Assembly: GCA_015491135.1 (NCBI GenBank)
Contig: WFWK01000070.1
Coordinates: 1-35,953 of the forward strand
DNA from: Patescibacteria group bacterium
GTDB lineage: Bacteria; Patescibacteriota; Minisyncoccia; Phycocordibacterales; UBA2100
DNA length: 35,953 nt
Direction of reading: 5' to 3'
Each line of letters starts with the position of its first letter. Position 1 is the first letter of the stretch. The notes below the pieces were generated by a model, which ran no database searches, was not told where the DNA came from, and worked only from the letters and a program-made list of their open reading frames with translations. Of the stretch, positions 1 through 9,191 are shown one piece after another. The translations under genes were made by a program, and so were the position numbers.

Positions 1-1419
1 GATCTGGAGACCATTCTTGAGAAGGAGTATTTGTATAAAAAAATTAACAAAACAAAAGTTTTAATTATTGATGAGATTTCAATGATATCTTCATCTTTAT
101 TAGATAGTGTGGATTTAGTTTTAAAAGCGGTTAAGGGAAACAGCAAACCTTTCGGAGGTGTGCAAATTGTGCTCTCGGGTGATTTTTTTCAGTTACCACC
201 GGTTGTAAAAACCGGGAACTTTTCTTTTGCTTTTGAAGCGTTAAGTTGGCAAAATGCGGACATACGCACTTGTTATCTATCAACTCAACACCGACAAAAA
301 AACGATAAGCTCTATGAAGTTCTCTCTGAAATGCGAAGCGGAAATCTGAACGAGAGCACAAAACTTGCATTAAAATCAAGAGTAGGGGTCAAACCCGAAG
401 CGGGAAATACAACTTTTCTTTTCACTCACAACAGTGATGTTGACAGATACAACAGAGATAAATTGATGAACCTTAAAGGCAGGGTGGTCAAACTGAAAGC
501 AAAAACCGAAGGATCCAAAAAACATGCTCAATTTTTGTTAAAAAACATTTTGGCCCCGGAGGAGTTGACACTAAAGGTTGGCGCTTTGGTGATGTTTGTA
601 AAAAATGACCCGGAAGGCAGATATGTAAACGGGTCTTTGGGAGAAGTAGTGGGTTTTTCCGGCAATTTGCCAAGAGTAAAACTGCAAAATGGCAGGGAGC
701 TGCTTGCCGAGACTGTCTCGTGGAGTTATGAGGAAGACGGTAAGATAAAAGCGCAAGTGCACCAAGTACCACTGAGGCTTGCATGGGCAATTACCATCCA
801 TAAAAGCCAAGGGATGACCCTTGATTCGGTTTATGCCGATTTGTCAAAAGTTTTTGTGGAAGGGCAGGGGTATGTGGCGCTCTCAAGAGCAAAAAGCTTG
901 AACAGATTGTATCTTGCGGGACTAAGTGAGAAAGCGTTTGCAATGCACAATAAAGTTTTGGATTTTGATATCCAAGCAAAAAAAGAATCCGAAAAATGGA
1001 ATAAAATAATAAACAATTTTTCAAAAGAGAAATTACAAACTTTACATGAAGAGTTTGCAGGCAAAACGACAGACGGCGGAAAGCTTGCAACAGACGTGAA
1101 AACATTAAGACTGCTGGAAAAAGGTCTAACTGTTGAAGAGATTGCAGAGAAGCGAGGTATAACTCTTTCTACCGTACTGTCTCATCTTGAGAAAAATACA
1201 GACAAACTGACTCTTGAAAATCTTTTGTCTTTGCAATCTCTTTTGACTGACGATGATTACGACAAAATAAAAAAAGTTGCAGAATCTCTTTCATGGGAGA
1301 GGCTATCTCCTCTTAAAGCAAAACTTCCCAGCTACAGTTATGATCAGATTAAATTTGCAAGAATTCTGTATTTTATTAGACTACGTTCCCAAATAAGTAC
1401 TGCGTTCACCGAGCCCTAA
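1..1419 (+). CDS. PIF1/RecD-like SF1B DNA helicase with C-terminal helix-turn-helix domain (5' partial)
   Basis: Frame is open from base 1. Motifs IIDEISM (Walker B), GDFFQLPPV, QVPLRLAWAITIHKSQGMTLD and GQGYVALSR; C-terminal TVEEIAEKRGITLSTVLSHL HTH. The last ~14 codons come from a repeat element (1377-1440). Confidence 0.92.
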   Translation, partial: DLETILEKEYLYKKINKTKVLIIDEISMISSSLLDSVDLVLKAVKGNSKPFGGVQIVLSGDFFQLPPVVKTGNFSFAFEALSWQNADIRTCYLSTQHRQKNDKLYEVLSEMRSGNLNESTKLALKSRVGVKPEAGNTTFLFTHNSDVDRYNRDKLMNLKGRVVKLKAKTEGSKKHAQFLLKNILAPEELTLKVGALVMFVKNDPEGRYVNGSLGEVVGFSGNLPRVKLQNGRELLAETVSWSYEEDGKIKAQVHQVPLRLAWAITIHKSQGMTLDSVYADLSKVFVEGQGYVALSRAKSLNRLYLAGLSEKAFAMHNKVLDFDIQAKKESEKWNKIINNFSKEKLQTLHEEFAGKTTDGGKLATDVKTLRLLEKGLTVEEIAEKRGITLSTVLSHLEKNTDKLTLENLLSLQSLLTDDDYDKIKKVAESLSWERLSPLKAKLPSYSYDQIKFARILYFIRLRSQISTAFTEP

Positions 1420-1440
1420 GTTTTACTTAGGGCTCGGTTG
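1377..1440. repeat. Partial MITE-like element (left terminal repeat plus internal hairpin)
   Basis: tagactacgttcccaaataag resembles the termini at 6611, 16114 and 17009. Hairpin accgagccctaag-tttta-cttagggctcggt nearly matches 17040-17069. Confidence 0.75.
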
Positions 1441-1473
1441 AGAATGTGTAAAAAATATATAAAGTAATAAGTT

Positions 1474-3504
1474 ATGATGTGGAAACTTCATCAGCCTTAT
1501 AAACCTTCGGGCGATCAACCCAAAGCGATAAAAGAAATCCTTAAGTCTCTTGAAAAGGATAGATTTACCACATTGCTTGGCGCAACCGGAACAGGGAAAA
1601 CCTACACTGTAGCGCATGTGATAGAGAAAATAAACAAACCAACTCTTGTTATAGCGCATAATAAAACCTTGGCCGCGCAACTTGCATCCGAGTTTCAAAC
1701 TTTCTTTCCGGAAAACGCAGTGCATTATTTTGTCTCTTATTATGATTATTATCAGCCGGAGGCGTACAAGCCGATAACGGACACTTACATAGAAAAGGAG
1801 GCGATGATAAATAAAGAAATAGATAGACTCAGACACAAGGCCACCCAGTCGCTTTTAACCAGAGATGATGTTTTGATAGTGGCTTCTGTCTCGGCAATCT
1901 ATGGTGTGGGAAGTCCGCTGAATTATTTACAGGGCGCACGAAAATTCAAGAAAGGAGAGAGACTTTTAAGACAGGAACTTTTGCGTATTTTGGTTCATAT
2001 GCACTACGGCAGAGTGGCAGCTGACCTGGAGCCGGCATCTTTTAGAGCAACCGGCTCTTTTGTGGAAGTGTATCCGCCACATGAGGAGATACTCTATAGG
2101 TTTAAAATATCAGCCGGCAGGTTAGCTGAGATACTTTTGCTTGACCCCATAACCCGAGAGATAAAACAGAGTGTGGATGAAATTTTACTGTTTCCTGCTA
2201 AGCATTTTGTAACCCCCGATGAAGTTGTAAAAGTGGCGCTGGAGGAGATAAGGGCGGACTTAAAAAAGAGAGTAAAAGAGCTTAAAGAGGAGGGAAAGAT
2301 TGCCGAGGCCTCAAGATTGCAAAGAAGAGTGTTGGCAGATGTGGCGCGAATTGAAGAGTTTGGCTATTGCAATGGAATAGAGAACTACAGCAGATACTTT
2401 GACAGACGCTCTCCGGGCGAGGCTCCGGATACTTTGCTTTCATTTTTTCGTTTTAATCCCAAAACCAAAAAGTTTGACAGAGATTTTCTGACGGTGATAG
2501 ATGAGTCTCACGTAACTCTGCCTCAGCTCTCCGGCATGTATGCTGGAGATGCGTCGCGTAAAAAAACTTTGATTGATTATGGTTTCAGACTTCCGGCGGC
2601 CGCTGACAACCGCCCGCTTACTTTTGACGAGTTTATAGAAAGAATAGACAAGGCAATTTTTGTATCCGCTACCCCGGGTGAGTTTGAAAAGAAAAACTCA
2701 ACGATCGTTGAGCAAATAATCCGTCCGACAGGATTGCTTGATCCGGAAATTATTATATCTCCGGTGGTTGAGAGAGGAAATTATCCGGGGCAAGTAAAAG
2801 ATGTTATAGAAAGATCTAAAAAGGTTATAGAAGGTGGAGGCAGGATTCTGATAACAACTCTTACAAAGAAAATGGCCGAGGATTTAAGCGAGTTTTTGAA
2901 AGACAGAAACCTTAAGGCCGAATACATTCACAGTGACATAAAGACAAAAGAAAGAATAGAGATTTTAAGCGATTTCAGAAGAGGAGTGTTTGATATTTTA
3001 GTTGGTGTTAACCTTTTGCGCGAAGGACTTGATTTGCCCGAGGTTGAAATGGTTGCTATTTTGGATGCCGATAAAGAAGGGTTTTTAAGAAGTGAAACAT
3101 CTTTGATCCAAACCATTGGAAGGGCCGCGCGCAATATTAAGGGACATGTTGTTTTGTATGCCGATGAAATAACCACTTCGCTGAAACGCGCAGTTGATGA
3201 GACAAACAGAAGGCGCAAGCTACAGAAGGAGTATAATGAAAAACATGGCATTACTCCACAGACAGTTAAAAAAGAGATTCACGATATTACAGAGCAGTTT
3301 GTGTCCGCCCACAAAAAAGCCGTTTTAACTCTGGCCGAGCTTGATATTGCCGGTCTTGAGAACAAAAAAGATATCAAAAAACTTATAGCCGATAAGAAAC
3401 TTGCAATGAAAGAAGCTGCGAAGGAGTTGGATTTTGAGACCGCGGCGACCTTAAGAGACGAGATTGCTTTGCTTGAGAAGATACAAAAAGATAAGCAATT
3501 GTAA
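1474..3504 (+). CDS. uvrB: Excinuclease ABC subunit B
   Basis: PSGDQPKAI, GATGTGKT, YFVSYYDYYQPEAY beta-hairpin, DESH, GVNLLREGLDLPEV, QTIGRAARN, C-terminal UVR domain. Confidence 0.98.
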   Translation: MMWKLHQPYKPSGDQPKAIKEILKSLEKDRFTTLLGATGTGKTYTVAHVIEKINKPTLVIAHNKTLAAQLASEFQTFFPENAVHYFVSYYDYYQPEAYKPITDTYIEKEAMINKEIDRLRHKATQSLLTRDDVLIVASVSAIYGVGSPLNYLQGARKFKKGERLLRQELLRILVHMHYGRVAADLEPASFRATGSFVEVYPPHEEILYRFKISAGRLAEILLLDPITREIKQSVDEILLFPAKHFVTPDEVVKVALEEIRADLKKRVKELKEEGKIAEASRLQRRVLADVARIEEFGYCNGIENYSRYFDRRSPGEAPDTLLSFFRFNPKTKKFDRDFLTVIDESHVTLPQLSGMYAGDASRKKTLIDYGFRLPAAADNRPLTFDEFIERIDKAIFVSATPGEFEKKNSTIVEQIIRPTGLLDPEIIISPVVERGNYPGQVKDVIERSKKVIEGGGRILITTLTKKMAEDLSEFLKDRNLKAEYIHSDIKTKERIEILSDFRRGVFDILVGVNLLREGLDLPEVEMVAILDADKEGFLRSETSLIQTIGRAARNIKGHVVLYADEITTSLKRAVDETNRRRKLQKEYNEKHGITPQTVKKEIHDITEQFVSAHKKAVLTLAELDIAGLENKKDIKKLIADKKLAMKEAAKELDFETAATLRDEIALLEKIQKDKQL

Positions 3505-3505
3505 G

Positions 3506-4021
3506 TTAGTGTCGGTTTGTTTTATCTCGCTTTTTTTCTCTTGGCCCGTAAATTTTAAGTTGTGGTTTTAAACGGTTGAGAGTTTCGGGGAGATTTAGCT
3601 TGTCCAAATTTTCAATCTGGAAACTTCTATCAACGTAAGCAAGAGTTATATGAGGGATAAATTTTTTGTTTTGCGTAAAGTGCGGAAGGGTTGAAAGTCG
3701 CTCTCTGAGTTGACTCATCTTCTGTGTGTGTTTTAAAATCAAAACCAAAGCCTGACATTTTGCTTTTCCCAATTTAAACAATGCTATTCTCTCGGGAGTT
3801 AACTCCAAAGGTGGCAAGCTCTCAACTACGTTTTGTGCTTCTTTAAAAACTTGTTTGTTTTTAAGATTAATTCCGAAAAATAAAGTTAAGTGAGCTTTTT
3901 GTACCACATCACCTCCTTTTCTTTTTAAAAAGCAAAAATCTTTCAAGTTTATTTTTGCAACAATTTTGCGTAATTTATTTTTTGATTCCTCAGTTAATGG
4001 AAACTCAATGTATCCTATCAT
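3506..4021 (-). CDS. 2H phosphoesterase (LigT/ThpR/Acb1-like fold)
   Basis: Two HxT motifs (AHLTLFFG and FIPHITLAYV) about 80 aa apart; start overlaps the miaA stop. Confidence 0.8.
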   Translation of the reverse strand: MIGYIEFPLTEESKNKLRKIVAKINLKDFCFLKRKGGDVVQKAHLTLFFGINLKNKQVFKEAQNVVESLPPLELTPERIALFKLGKAKCQALVLILKHTQKMSQLRERLSTLPHFTQNKKFIPHITLAYVDRSFQIENLDKLNLPETLNRLKPQLKIYGPREKKRDKTNRH

Positions 4022-4907
4022 AGAATTTTTTAACCTCTTTTATAAAACGCTCTTTTTTATTGAAAGGAATCCAAATTATATCTTTGTCTTTTTTCCACCA
4101 AGTTAATTGGCGTTTTGCATACTTCCACGCATCTCTTTTTATGCGTCTTTTTAGCTCTTCTTTGTCAATTTTCTTTTGCAGATAGTCTGCCAAGTGTCTC
4201 ATTTCAAGTCCCAATTCTCGCATTTTTTTATAACTTAGCCCCCAAGCGTGCAGTTTTTCAGCCTCAGAGACCATGCCGGCTCTCACTCTTTTGTCAACGC
4301 GTTTTTCTATTCTTTCTTTAAGAGTTGCTCTATCCATTTCAATTCCCAATTTTAAGGGAGTGTAGGGAGAATTTCCGGGTTTATTGGGGAATTCCGCTCC
4401 CGAGAGGCTAACCTCAAGAGAACGGATAATTCTTGGTCGGTTATGTTTATCAACTTGTTTTGCGCGCTTCGAATTTATCTGAAGAAGTTTTTTATACAAC
4501 TCTTCAGTGGAGAGTTTTTCAAGTTTGCCTCGCAGGTCAAAGTTAGGTTCAACTTGAGGAAGCGGAACTTCACGTAAAAGGGCTGATATGTAAAACATTG
4601 TTCCTCCCGCAAGTATGGGGAGTTTTCCTTTTTGCCAAATATCAACTATCGCACTGTCGGCATCTGCTACAAATTCACCTGCTGAGTAAATCTTTTTTCT
4701 TGGGTCCACTATATCAATTAAATGATGTTTTATCCCCTTGGCTTCCGTTTTGGTGACTTTACCGGAGGCTATGTTTATTTTTTTGTAGACTTGTCTTGAG
4801 TCTGATGAGACAACTTCTCCGTTGAAGCGTTTTGCCAGCAAAACCGCCAAATCGGTTTTACCCGATGAAGTTGCTCCATAGATTAAAACAAGCGGAATTT
4901 TGCCCAT
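4005..4907 (-). CDS. miaA: tRNA dimethylallyltransferase
   Basis: GATSSGKT, SSDSRQVY, HHLID, GGTMFY, YAKRQLTW motifs. Confidence 0.96.
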   Translation of the reverse strand: MGKIPLVLIYGATSSGKTDLAVLLAKRFNGEVVSSDSRQVYKKINIASGKVTKTEAKGIKHHLIDIVDPRKKIYSAGEFVADADSAIVDIWQKGKLPILAGGTMFYISALLREVPLPQVEPNFDLRGKLEKLSTEELYKKLLQINSKRAKQVDKHNRPRIIRSLEVSLSGAEFPNKPGNSPYTPLKLGIEMDRATLKERIEKRVDKRVRAGMVSEAEKLHAWGLSYKKMRELGLEMRHLADYLQKKIDKEELKRRIKRDAWKYAKRQLTWWKKDKDIIWIPFNKKERFIKEVKKFYDRIH

Positions 4908-5012
4908 AACAAAAAGATAGCCAATTTACTGTTACGGGTCAATGTTTATTGACAAAAGAGTTTGGTTTTTATAGGTTGTAGGAAGTGCGAACCTTATAAG
5001 GAGGAATATCCA

Positions 5013-5762
5013 ATGTCTAAGTTCACCGATGAAGAAATCCGTATCGCCGAAGAAAAACTGCAAGCTTTGGCGGGCAAGCACGGCATTATTTGTTGCTCAA
5101 ATGAGAGGGAAAGGCTCGCTTCATCTTTTCAACAAGCTCAGCGTGAAGTTGAGTTTTTCAATAAAGTTTCTCGCGCTGCAAATTTGCTCATGGCTGAGAT
5201 AGATGAGTTGCAAAAAGAAGTTGGAATATTTGGTTTTGTTGAGAAGGTTATTATTGAGCCAAGGTTTTCATTTTCAAAGATTTGCGTTGTTGATATTTTA
5301 AGCTTATCCGCTTTTCTTGACAGCTTCCCGAACGAAAGGCAGGTTGCAGACGCTTGGAGAGAAAAATTTATGGCAGGCAGAGACCCGGATGACATCTCGC
5401 CAAACGAGATGAGAGAAATTGAAAGAAAAACTGACGAGCACACAAAAAAGGCACTACAAGAGTTCAACGAAATGGAAAAGCTTAGGGGCAAGAGAAATAT
5501 TTTTGTACTGCTTGCGCCTGCGGAACGCCCTTTCACCTTTGCGGAAACAAGTCGCACTCTTGAGAAGCTTGGAGCGAAAAGCTTTCCTCTGGCTTTCTCC
5601 TCAGCTCTTCTTTGCAATTCTTTTCCTTTTGAGCGAAGGGGAGCCTTCCTTTCCTGGGAAGGAGATGAGGCGTGGCTTTGCTTTAAAGAAGATGGCGAGG
5701 TTAGAATTTATAAAACAGAAATGGGTTTTATGGGGAGATATAATTTTCTCGCTCTTCTTTGA
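5013..5762 (+). CDS. Hypothetical protein (249 aa from ATG 5013)
   Basis: Long ORF; AAGGAGG at 4998-5004 precedes ATG 5013; hairpin terminator follows. No family recognised. Confidence 0.75.
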   Translation: MSKFTDEEIRIAEEKLQALAGKHGIICCSNERERLASSFQQAQREVEFFNKVSRAANLLMAEIDELQKEVGIFGFVEKVIIEPRFSFSKICVVDILSLSAFLDSFPNERQVADAWREKFMAGRDPDDISPNEMREIERKTDEHTKKALQEFNEMEKLRGKRNIFVLLAPAERPFTFAETSRTLEKLGAKSFPLAFSSALLCNSFPFERRGAFLSWEGDEAWLCFKEDGEVRIYKTEMGFMGRYNFLALL

Positions 5763-5784
5763 TTTTGGTAGCTGTTTTAAAAAC

Positions 5785-5814
5785 AACCCTCGGCTTTTTG
5801 CCGAGGGTTTTAAA
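5785..5814 (+). terminator. Probable intrinsic terminator
   Basis: aaccctcggc-ttttt-gccgagggtt perfect 10-bp stem with a short T-run, just after the ORF stop. Confidence 0.65.
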
Positions 5815-5815
5815 A

Positions 5816-5866
5816 TTACAAGATCCGATCTTGTAAGGTTGCACACGATTTTTTTCATGTTATCAT
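5816..5866 (+). promoter_or_regulatory. Palindromic site plus sigma70-type promoter upstream of ahpC
   Basis: ttacaagatc-c-gatcttgtaa perfect inverted repeat (5816-5836), TTGCAC (5839-5844), 16-nt spacer, TGt-TATCAT (-10 at 5861-5866). Confidence 0.6.
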
Positions 5867-5961
5867 TCAATTGTTAAAACACTCCTCCTTTTCTTTAGCG
5901 TTTTGCTCTTCAAAAAACGCACGAGAAAAGGAGCGTGAAAATTAGCAGTTAAAAAAACATT

Positions 5962-6558
5962 ATGGAAGATTTTGAATTTGTAGATTTCGGACCTCTCTCT
6001 GTGGGTGATACCGTTCCCGAGGAAGTGGAGTTTGAGGTTTATCAAAACGATGAAATCAAAAAAGTTTCTTTTAAGGATTTTAGAGGAAAATGGCTTGTGC
6101 TGTTTTTCTATCCGGCAGACTTTACCTTTGTTTGCCCGACCGAGTTGGAGGATTTTGCAAAGCTCTATGACAAATTTAAAGAGGAAGGGGCCGAGGTTGT
6201 CTCTGTTTCAACTGACACGGTTTTTGTTCACAAAGCTTGGCATGATGAGTCTGAAGCTATAGGTAAAGTTACATATCCGATGGCGGCCGATCCGGCACAC
6301 ACCATCTCAGAGCTTTTCGGAGTACTTATAGAAGATGAAGGAGTAGCTTTGCGCGGTACTTTTGTAATAGACCCGGACGGAGTTGTAAAAACTGTAGAGA
6401 TTCACGACAACAGTATAGGAAGGAGTGCGCAAGAGACTTTGCGCAAACTGCAAGCTGCGAAATTTGTTCGTGAGCACGGAGACAAGGTTTGCCCTGCAGA
6501 GTGGAAACCGGGAGATGATACTTTGGAGCCCGGACTTGACTTGGTCGGAAAAATCTAA
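5962..6558 (+). CDS. ahpC: 2-Cys peroxiredoxin (alkyl hydroperoxide reductase C)
   Basis: FFYPADFTFVCPTE peroxidatic motif and C-terminal VCPAEW resolving Cys. Confidence 0.97.
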   Translation: MEDFEFVDFGPLSVGDTVPEEVEFEVYQNDEIKKVSFKDFRGKWLVLFFYPADFTFVCPTELEDFAKLYDKFKEEGAEVVSVSTDTVFVHKAWHDESEAIGKVTYPMAADPAHTISELFGVLIEDEGVALRGTFVIDPDGVVKTVEIHDNSIGRSAQETLRKLQAAKFVREHGDKVCPAEWKPGDDTLEPGLDLVGKI

Positions 6559-6577
6559 AACTTGTTAACAAAAACAT

Positions 6578-6607
6578 AAAAACGGCCACCTTAAGGTGGT
6601 CGTTTTT
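6578..6607 (+). terminator. Intrinsic terminator of ahpC
   Basis: aaaaacggccacc-ttaa-ggtggtcgttttt hairpin with T-tract. Confidence 0.8.
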
Positions 6608-6610
6608 ATA

Positions 6611-6658
6611 TGGACCTACTCCCAAATAAGCACTTTGTATTATTTGGGAACGGGTCTA
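6611..6658. repeat. Minimal MITE-like element (terminal repeats only, 48 bp)
   Basis: tggacctactcccaaataa ... ttatttgggaacgggtcta, 16/19 inverted match; same termini and cactttg motif as 16114 and 17009. Confidence 0.75.
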
Positions 6659-6708
6659 ATCCACAAGCCACAAAAACAAAGCTTTTCAGCATGTTAAAAT
6701 ACAGACAA

Positions 6709-7878
6709 ATGCTTGAAAAAATCAAAAGACATTTTATATTGCCCAAAGACTTGCTTGTGCTTGTCCTAAGTCGTTCACTGATGAGGATATCTTTTTCGTC
6801 GTTGTCTCTTTTTGTTCCGATTTATTTTTATAAACTTTACTCTAGTGTAGAGATTGCCGTTTTTGTATTTGCGACAGTTTATTTGTTGCAAGTTTTACTT
6901 TTACCTCTGGTTTCAAAGATGTTGTCGGTTTGGGGCATGAAGCCCATGATGATAGCGGGATTGTTCTTTGCTTCATTGGTGCCGATTTCTTTACTCGCCA
7001 CTGAAAACGCTGAACTGGCCGGTTTTCTCTTTGTAATTTTTAGCGCATTTTATAGAGCTCTTTTTTGGACCCCGTATCATATAGATTTTGCTGAGCTTCT
7101 CTCACCAACTTCGCGCGGAAAAGAGTTGGCTTTGGTTAGAAATTTATCCAATGTACTTTTTATAGCATCTCCTATTGTTGGAGGAGTCTTAATTTCCACC
7201 GCAGGTTTTTCGGCAACTTTTATGTATACCGCTTTGGTTATGGTTTTTGCGATAGTACCTCTTTTCTTTTTGGATAATCATTTTGAGCATTACAGCTGGG
7301 GATATCTTGAAACTTTTACACACCTTTTTAAACCGGAAAACAGAAATCTGCTTATAGCACATGCGGCAAACGGCGCGCAATCTGCTGCAACTCTGGTTTT
7401 CTGGCCTCTGTTTTTGGGAATTTTACTTGAAGAGAGGTATACCGCAGTCGGTTTGATTACCGCTCTTACTTTGCTTTTGGTTATGTTTTTAAGATATATA
7501 ACAGGAGTTTTCTTTGATAAGTTTAACAAAGAGAAAGTCGTTTTTGTCGGAGTTATACTTACGGCAACCGGTTGGGTTTTTAAAACCTTTATTCAAACCC
7601 CATTTGAGGTATTTGTAGTTGATACGTATCATCGATTTGGGCGCGCGGTAAATGCGGTTGCTTTTGATGCTGAGACATATGAGCAGGCAGCGGATTCCGG
7701 AAAGTACATAGATGAGTACACTGTTTTAAAAGAGACAGCCCTTAATTTAGGTAGGGTGGCCATGCTTATTGTTACTTTGTTTTTTGTCTCAATTTGGGGA
7801 ATTAAGGCTTCGTTTGCCATAGCGGCAGTTCTGACAATTTTGATGATTTTTTTAAACAGGTTCTCAAGAGTCTTTTAA
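6709..7878 (+). CDS. Major facilitator superfamily transporter
   Basis: About 12 hydrophobic segments in two halves. ATG 6709 follows TGt-TAAAAT; the listed start 6610 lies in a repeat. Confidence 0.85.
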   Translation: MLEKIKRHFILPKDLLVLVLSRSLMRISFSSLSLFVPIYFYKLYSSVEIAVFVFATVYLLQVLLLPLVSKMLSVWGMKPMMIAGLFFASLVPISLLATENAELAGFLFVIFSAFYRALFWTPYHIDFAELLSPTSRGKELALVRNLSNVLFIASPIVGGVLISTAGFSATFMYTALVMVFAIVPLFFLDNHFEHYSWGYLETFTHLFKPENRNLLIAHAANGAQSAATLVFWPLFLGILLEERYTAVGLITALTLLLVMFLRYITGVFFDKFNKEKVVFVGVILTATGWVFKTFIQTPFEVFVVDTYHRFGRAVNAVAFDAETYEQAADSGKYIDEYTVLKETALNLGRVAMLIVTLFFVSIWGIKASFAIAAVLTILMIFLNRFSRVF

Positions 7879-8601
7879 ATTTATCAAATTAAATAGGTCT
7901 TGTTTTTCTTGTTTTGTCAACTCTCTTTTGTTGCCTTCTTTTACATCAAGTTTTAAGTTAAGCATTTGAATTCTTTTGAGATTTTCAACGGTGTAGCCGA
8001 GTGCTGCGCACATTCTGCGAATTTGATGTTTTTTGCCTTCAGTTAGTGAAATCATCAATTCACGTTCGGAGAGTTTTTTTGTCTTGGCCGGCTTTGTAAT
8101 GTAGCCCTCTATGTTTACACCTGATTGCATCATTTTAAGGTGCTTGTCTTTTAGGGGTTTGTTTACCACTACAGTATACACTCTCTCATGAGCAAATTCG
8201 GGATTTAAAATTTTGTTTACAATACGTCCGTCGTTTGTAAGAAGCATTAGCCCACTTGATGCTTTGTCCAACCTTCCTACCGGGAAAAAGTTTTTTGGTA
8301 ATTTGGCATACTCTATCGCAGAGACTTCGTTTCTTTGTGGATTGTGACTTACCACACCGCGAGGTTTGTTAAATATAAAATATTTATACTCTCCAAGTAG
8401 GTCCTTTGCTTTTGGTAAGAGCTCAACCTTGTCCGCCGATGTTATTTTTTGCCCGATTTGCGCCTTTTTACCGTTTACAAGTACCGCGCCGGCCTCTATA
8501 AGCCTGTCGGCCGCTCTGCGCGAGCATACATTGTTTAGATAAAGGTATCTGTTGATACGAATCGGTTTTTCTTCAGATTGTTTGTTCATATGAGTTTTCA
8601 T
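7864..8601 (-). CDS. rRNA pseudouridine synthase, RsuA/RluB/RluF family
   Basis: N-terminal S4 domain (CSRRAADRLI), FNKPRG, catalytic VGRLDKASSGLMLLTNDG, EGKKHQIRRM. Confidence 0.93.
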   Translation of the reverse strand: MKTHMNKQSEEKPIRINRYLYLNNVCSRRAADRLIEAGAVLVNGKKAQIGQKITSADKVELLPKAKDLLGEYKYFIFNKPRGVVSHNPQRNEVSAIEYAKLPKNFFPVGRLDKASSGLMLLTNDGRIVNKILNPEFAHERVYTVVVNKPLKDKHLKMMQSGVNIEGYITKPAKTKKLSERELMISLTEGKKHQIRRMCAALGYTVENLKRIQMLNLKLDVKEGNKRELTKQEKQDLFNLINLKDS

Positions 8602-8620
8602 TACATGCTATAATATAAAA

Positions 8621-9088
8621 ATGAAACTTCAAACCGCAGAAACTACAATCTTAGCGATAACTATATTTTTTGTGGCCTTTTTGGGTTATGGAATACTTAA
8701 AGCTTCTCCAAAGGTTATACAAGGAATGCACACATTTAATGCAGTTTTCGCAGGAGTTCCCATGACTTTGATTATTGCAGATGAGCCAGCTGAGTACAAG
8801 GTCGGACTCTCCGAGCTTTCGCATCTTCCGCGCAACCAAGGCATGCTTTTTGTTTTTGACAAGCCTGATAAATGGAGGGTATCAACCAAGGGTTTGAATT
8901 TCCCAATTGATATTTTTTGGTTGGATGAAAACTTTGTAGTGATAGATATGTACAGATACGCTCCACCGAGTGACTATTATTTTATTTTCACACCCAAACA
9001 CAAGGCCAAATACATATTGGAGACAAACGCTGATTTTGCCGATATTCATAACATAGAAATAGGGGATAAACTTTATCTTCAAGAATAA
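8621..9088 (+). CDS. DUF192 family protein with N-terminal membrane anchor
   Basis: GLS...QGMLFVF...FPIDIFWLD...AKYILETNA pattern; hydrophobic N-terminus. Confidence 0.85.
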   Translation: MKLQTAETTILAITIFFVAFLGYGILKASPKVIQGMHTFNAVFAGVPMTLIIADEPAEYKVGLSELSHLPRNQGMLFVFDKPDKWRVSTKGLNFPIDIFWLDENFVVIDMYRYAPPSDYYFIFTPKHKAKYILETNADFADIHNIEIGDKLYLQE

Positions 9089-9126
9089 CAGCTCTGGACA
9101 AGTGCTTAAAAATACTTGCTGGTAAT

Positions 9127-9135
9127 TTATCCACA
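9127..9135 (+). promoter_or_regulatory. Consensus DnaA box upstream of the ribonucleotide reductase
   Basis: Exact TTATCCACA 56 nt before the ATG at 9192. Confidence 0.5.
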
Positions 9136-9191
9136 AGACAAGTTTTTGCAAGTTGTTTAAAATCTAAGCATTAGAAGAATAAAAAAAGCGC

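Noticed and set aside
6610..6708. N-terminal extension of the MFS ORF
   Set aside because: It translates a repeat element and the promoter; ATG 6709 fits the local -10 pattern.
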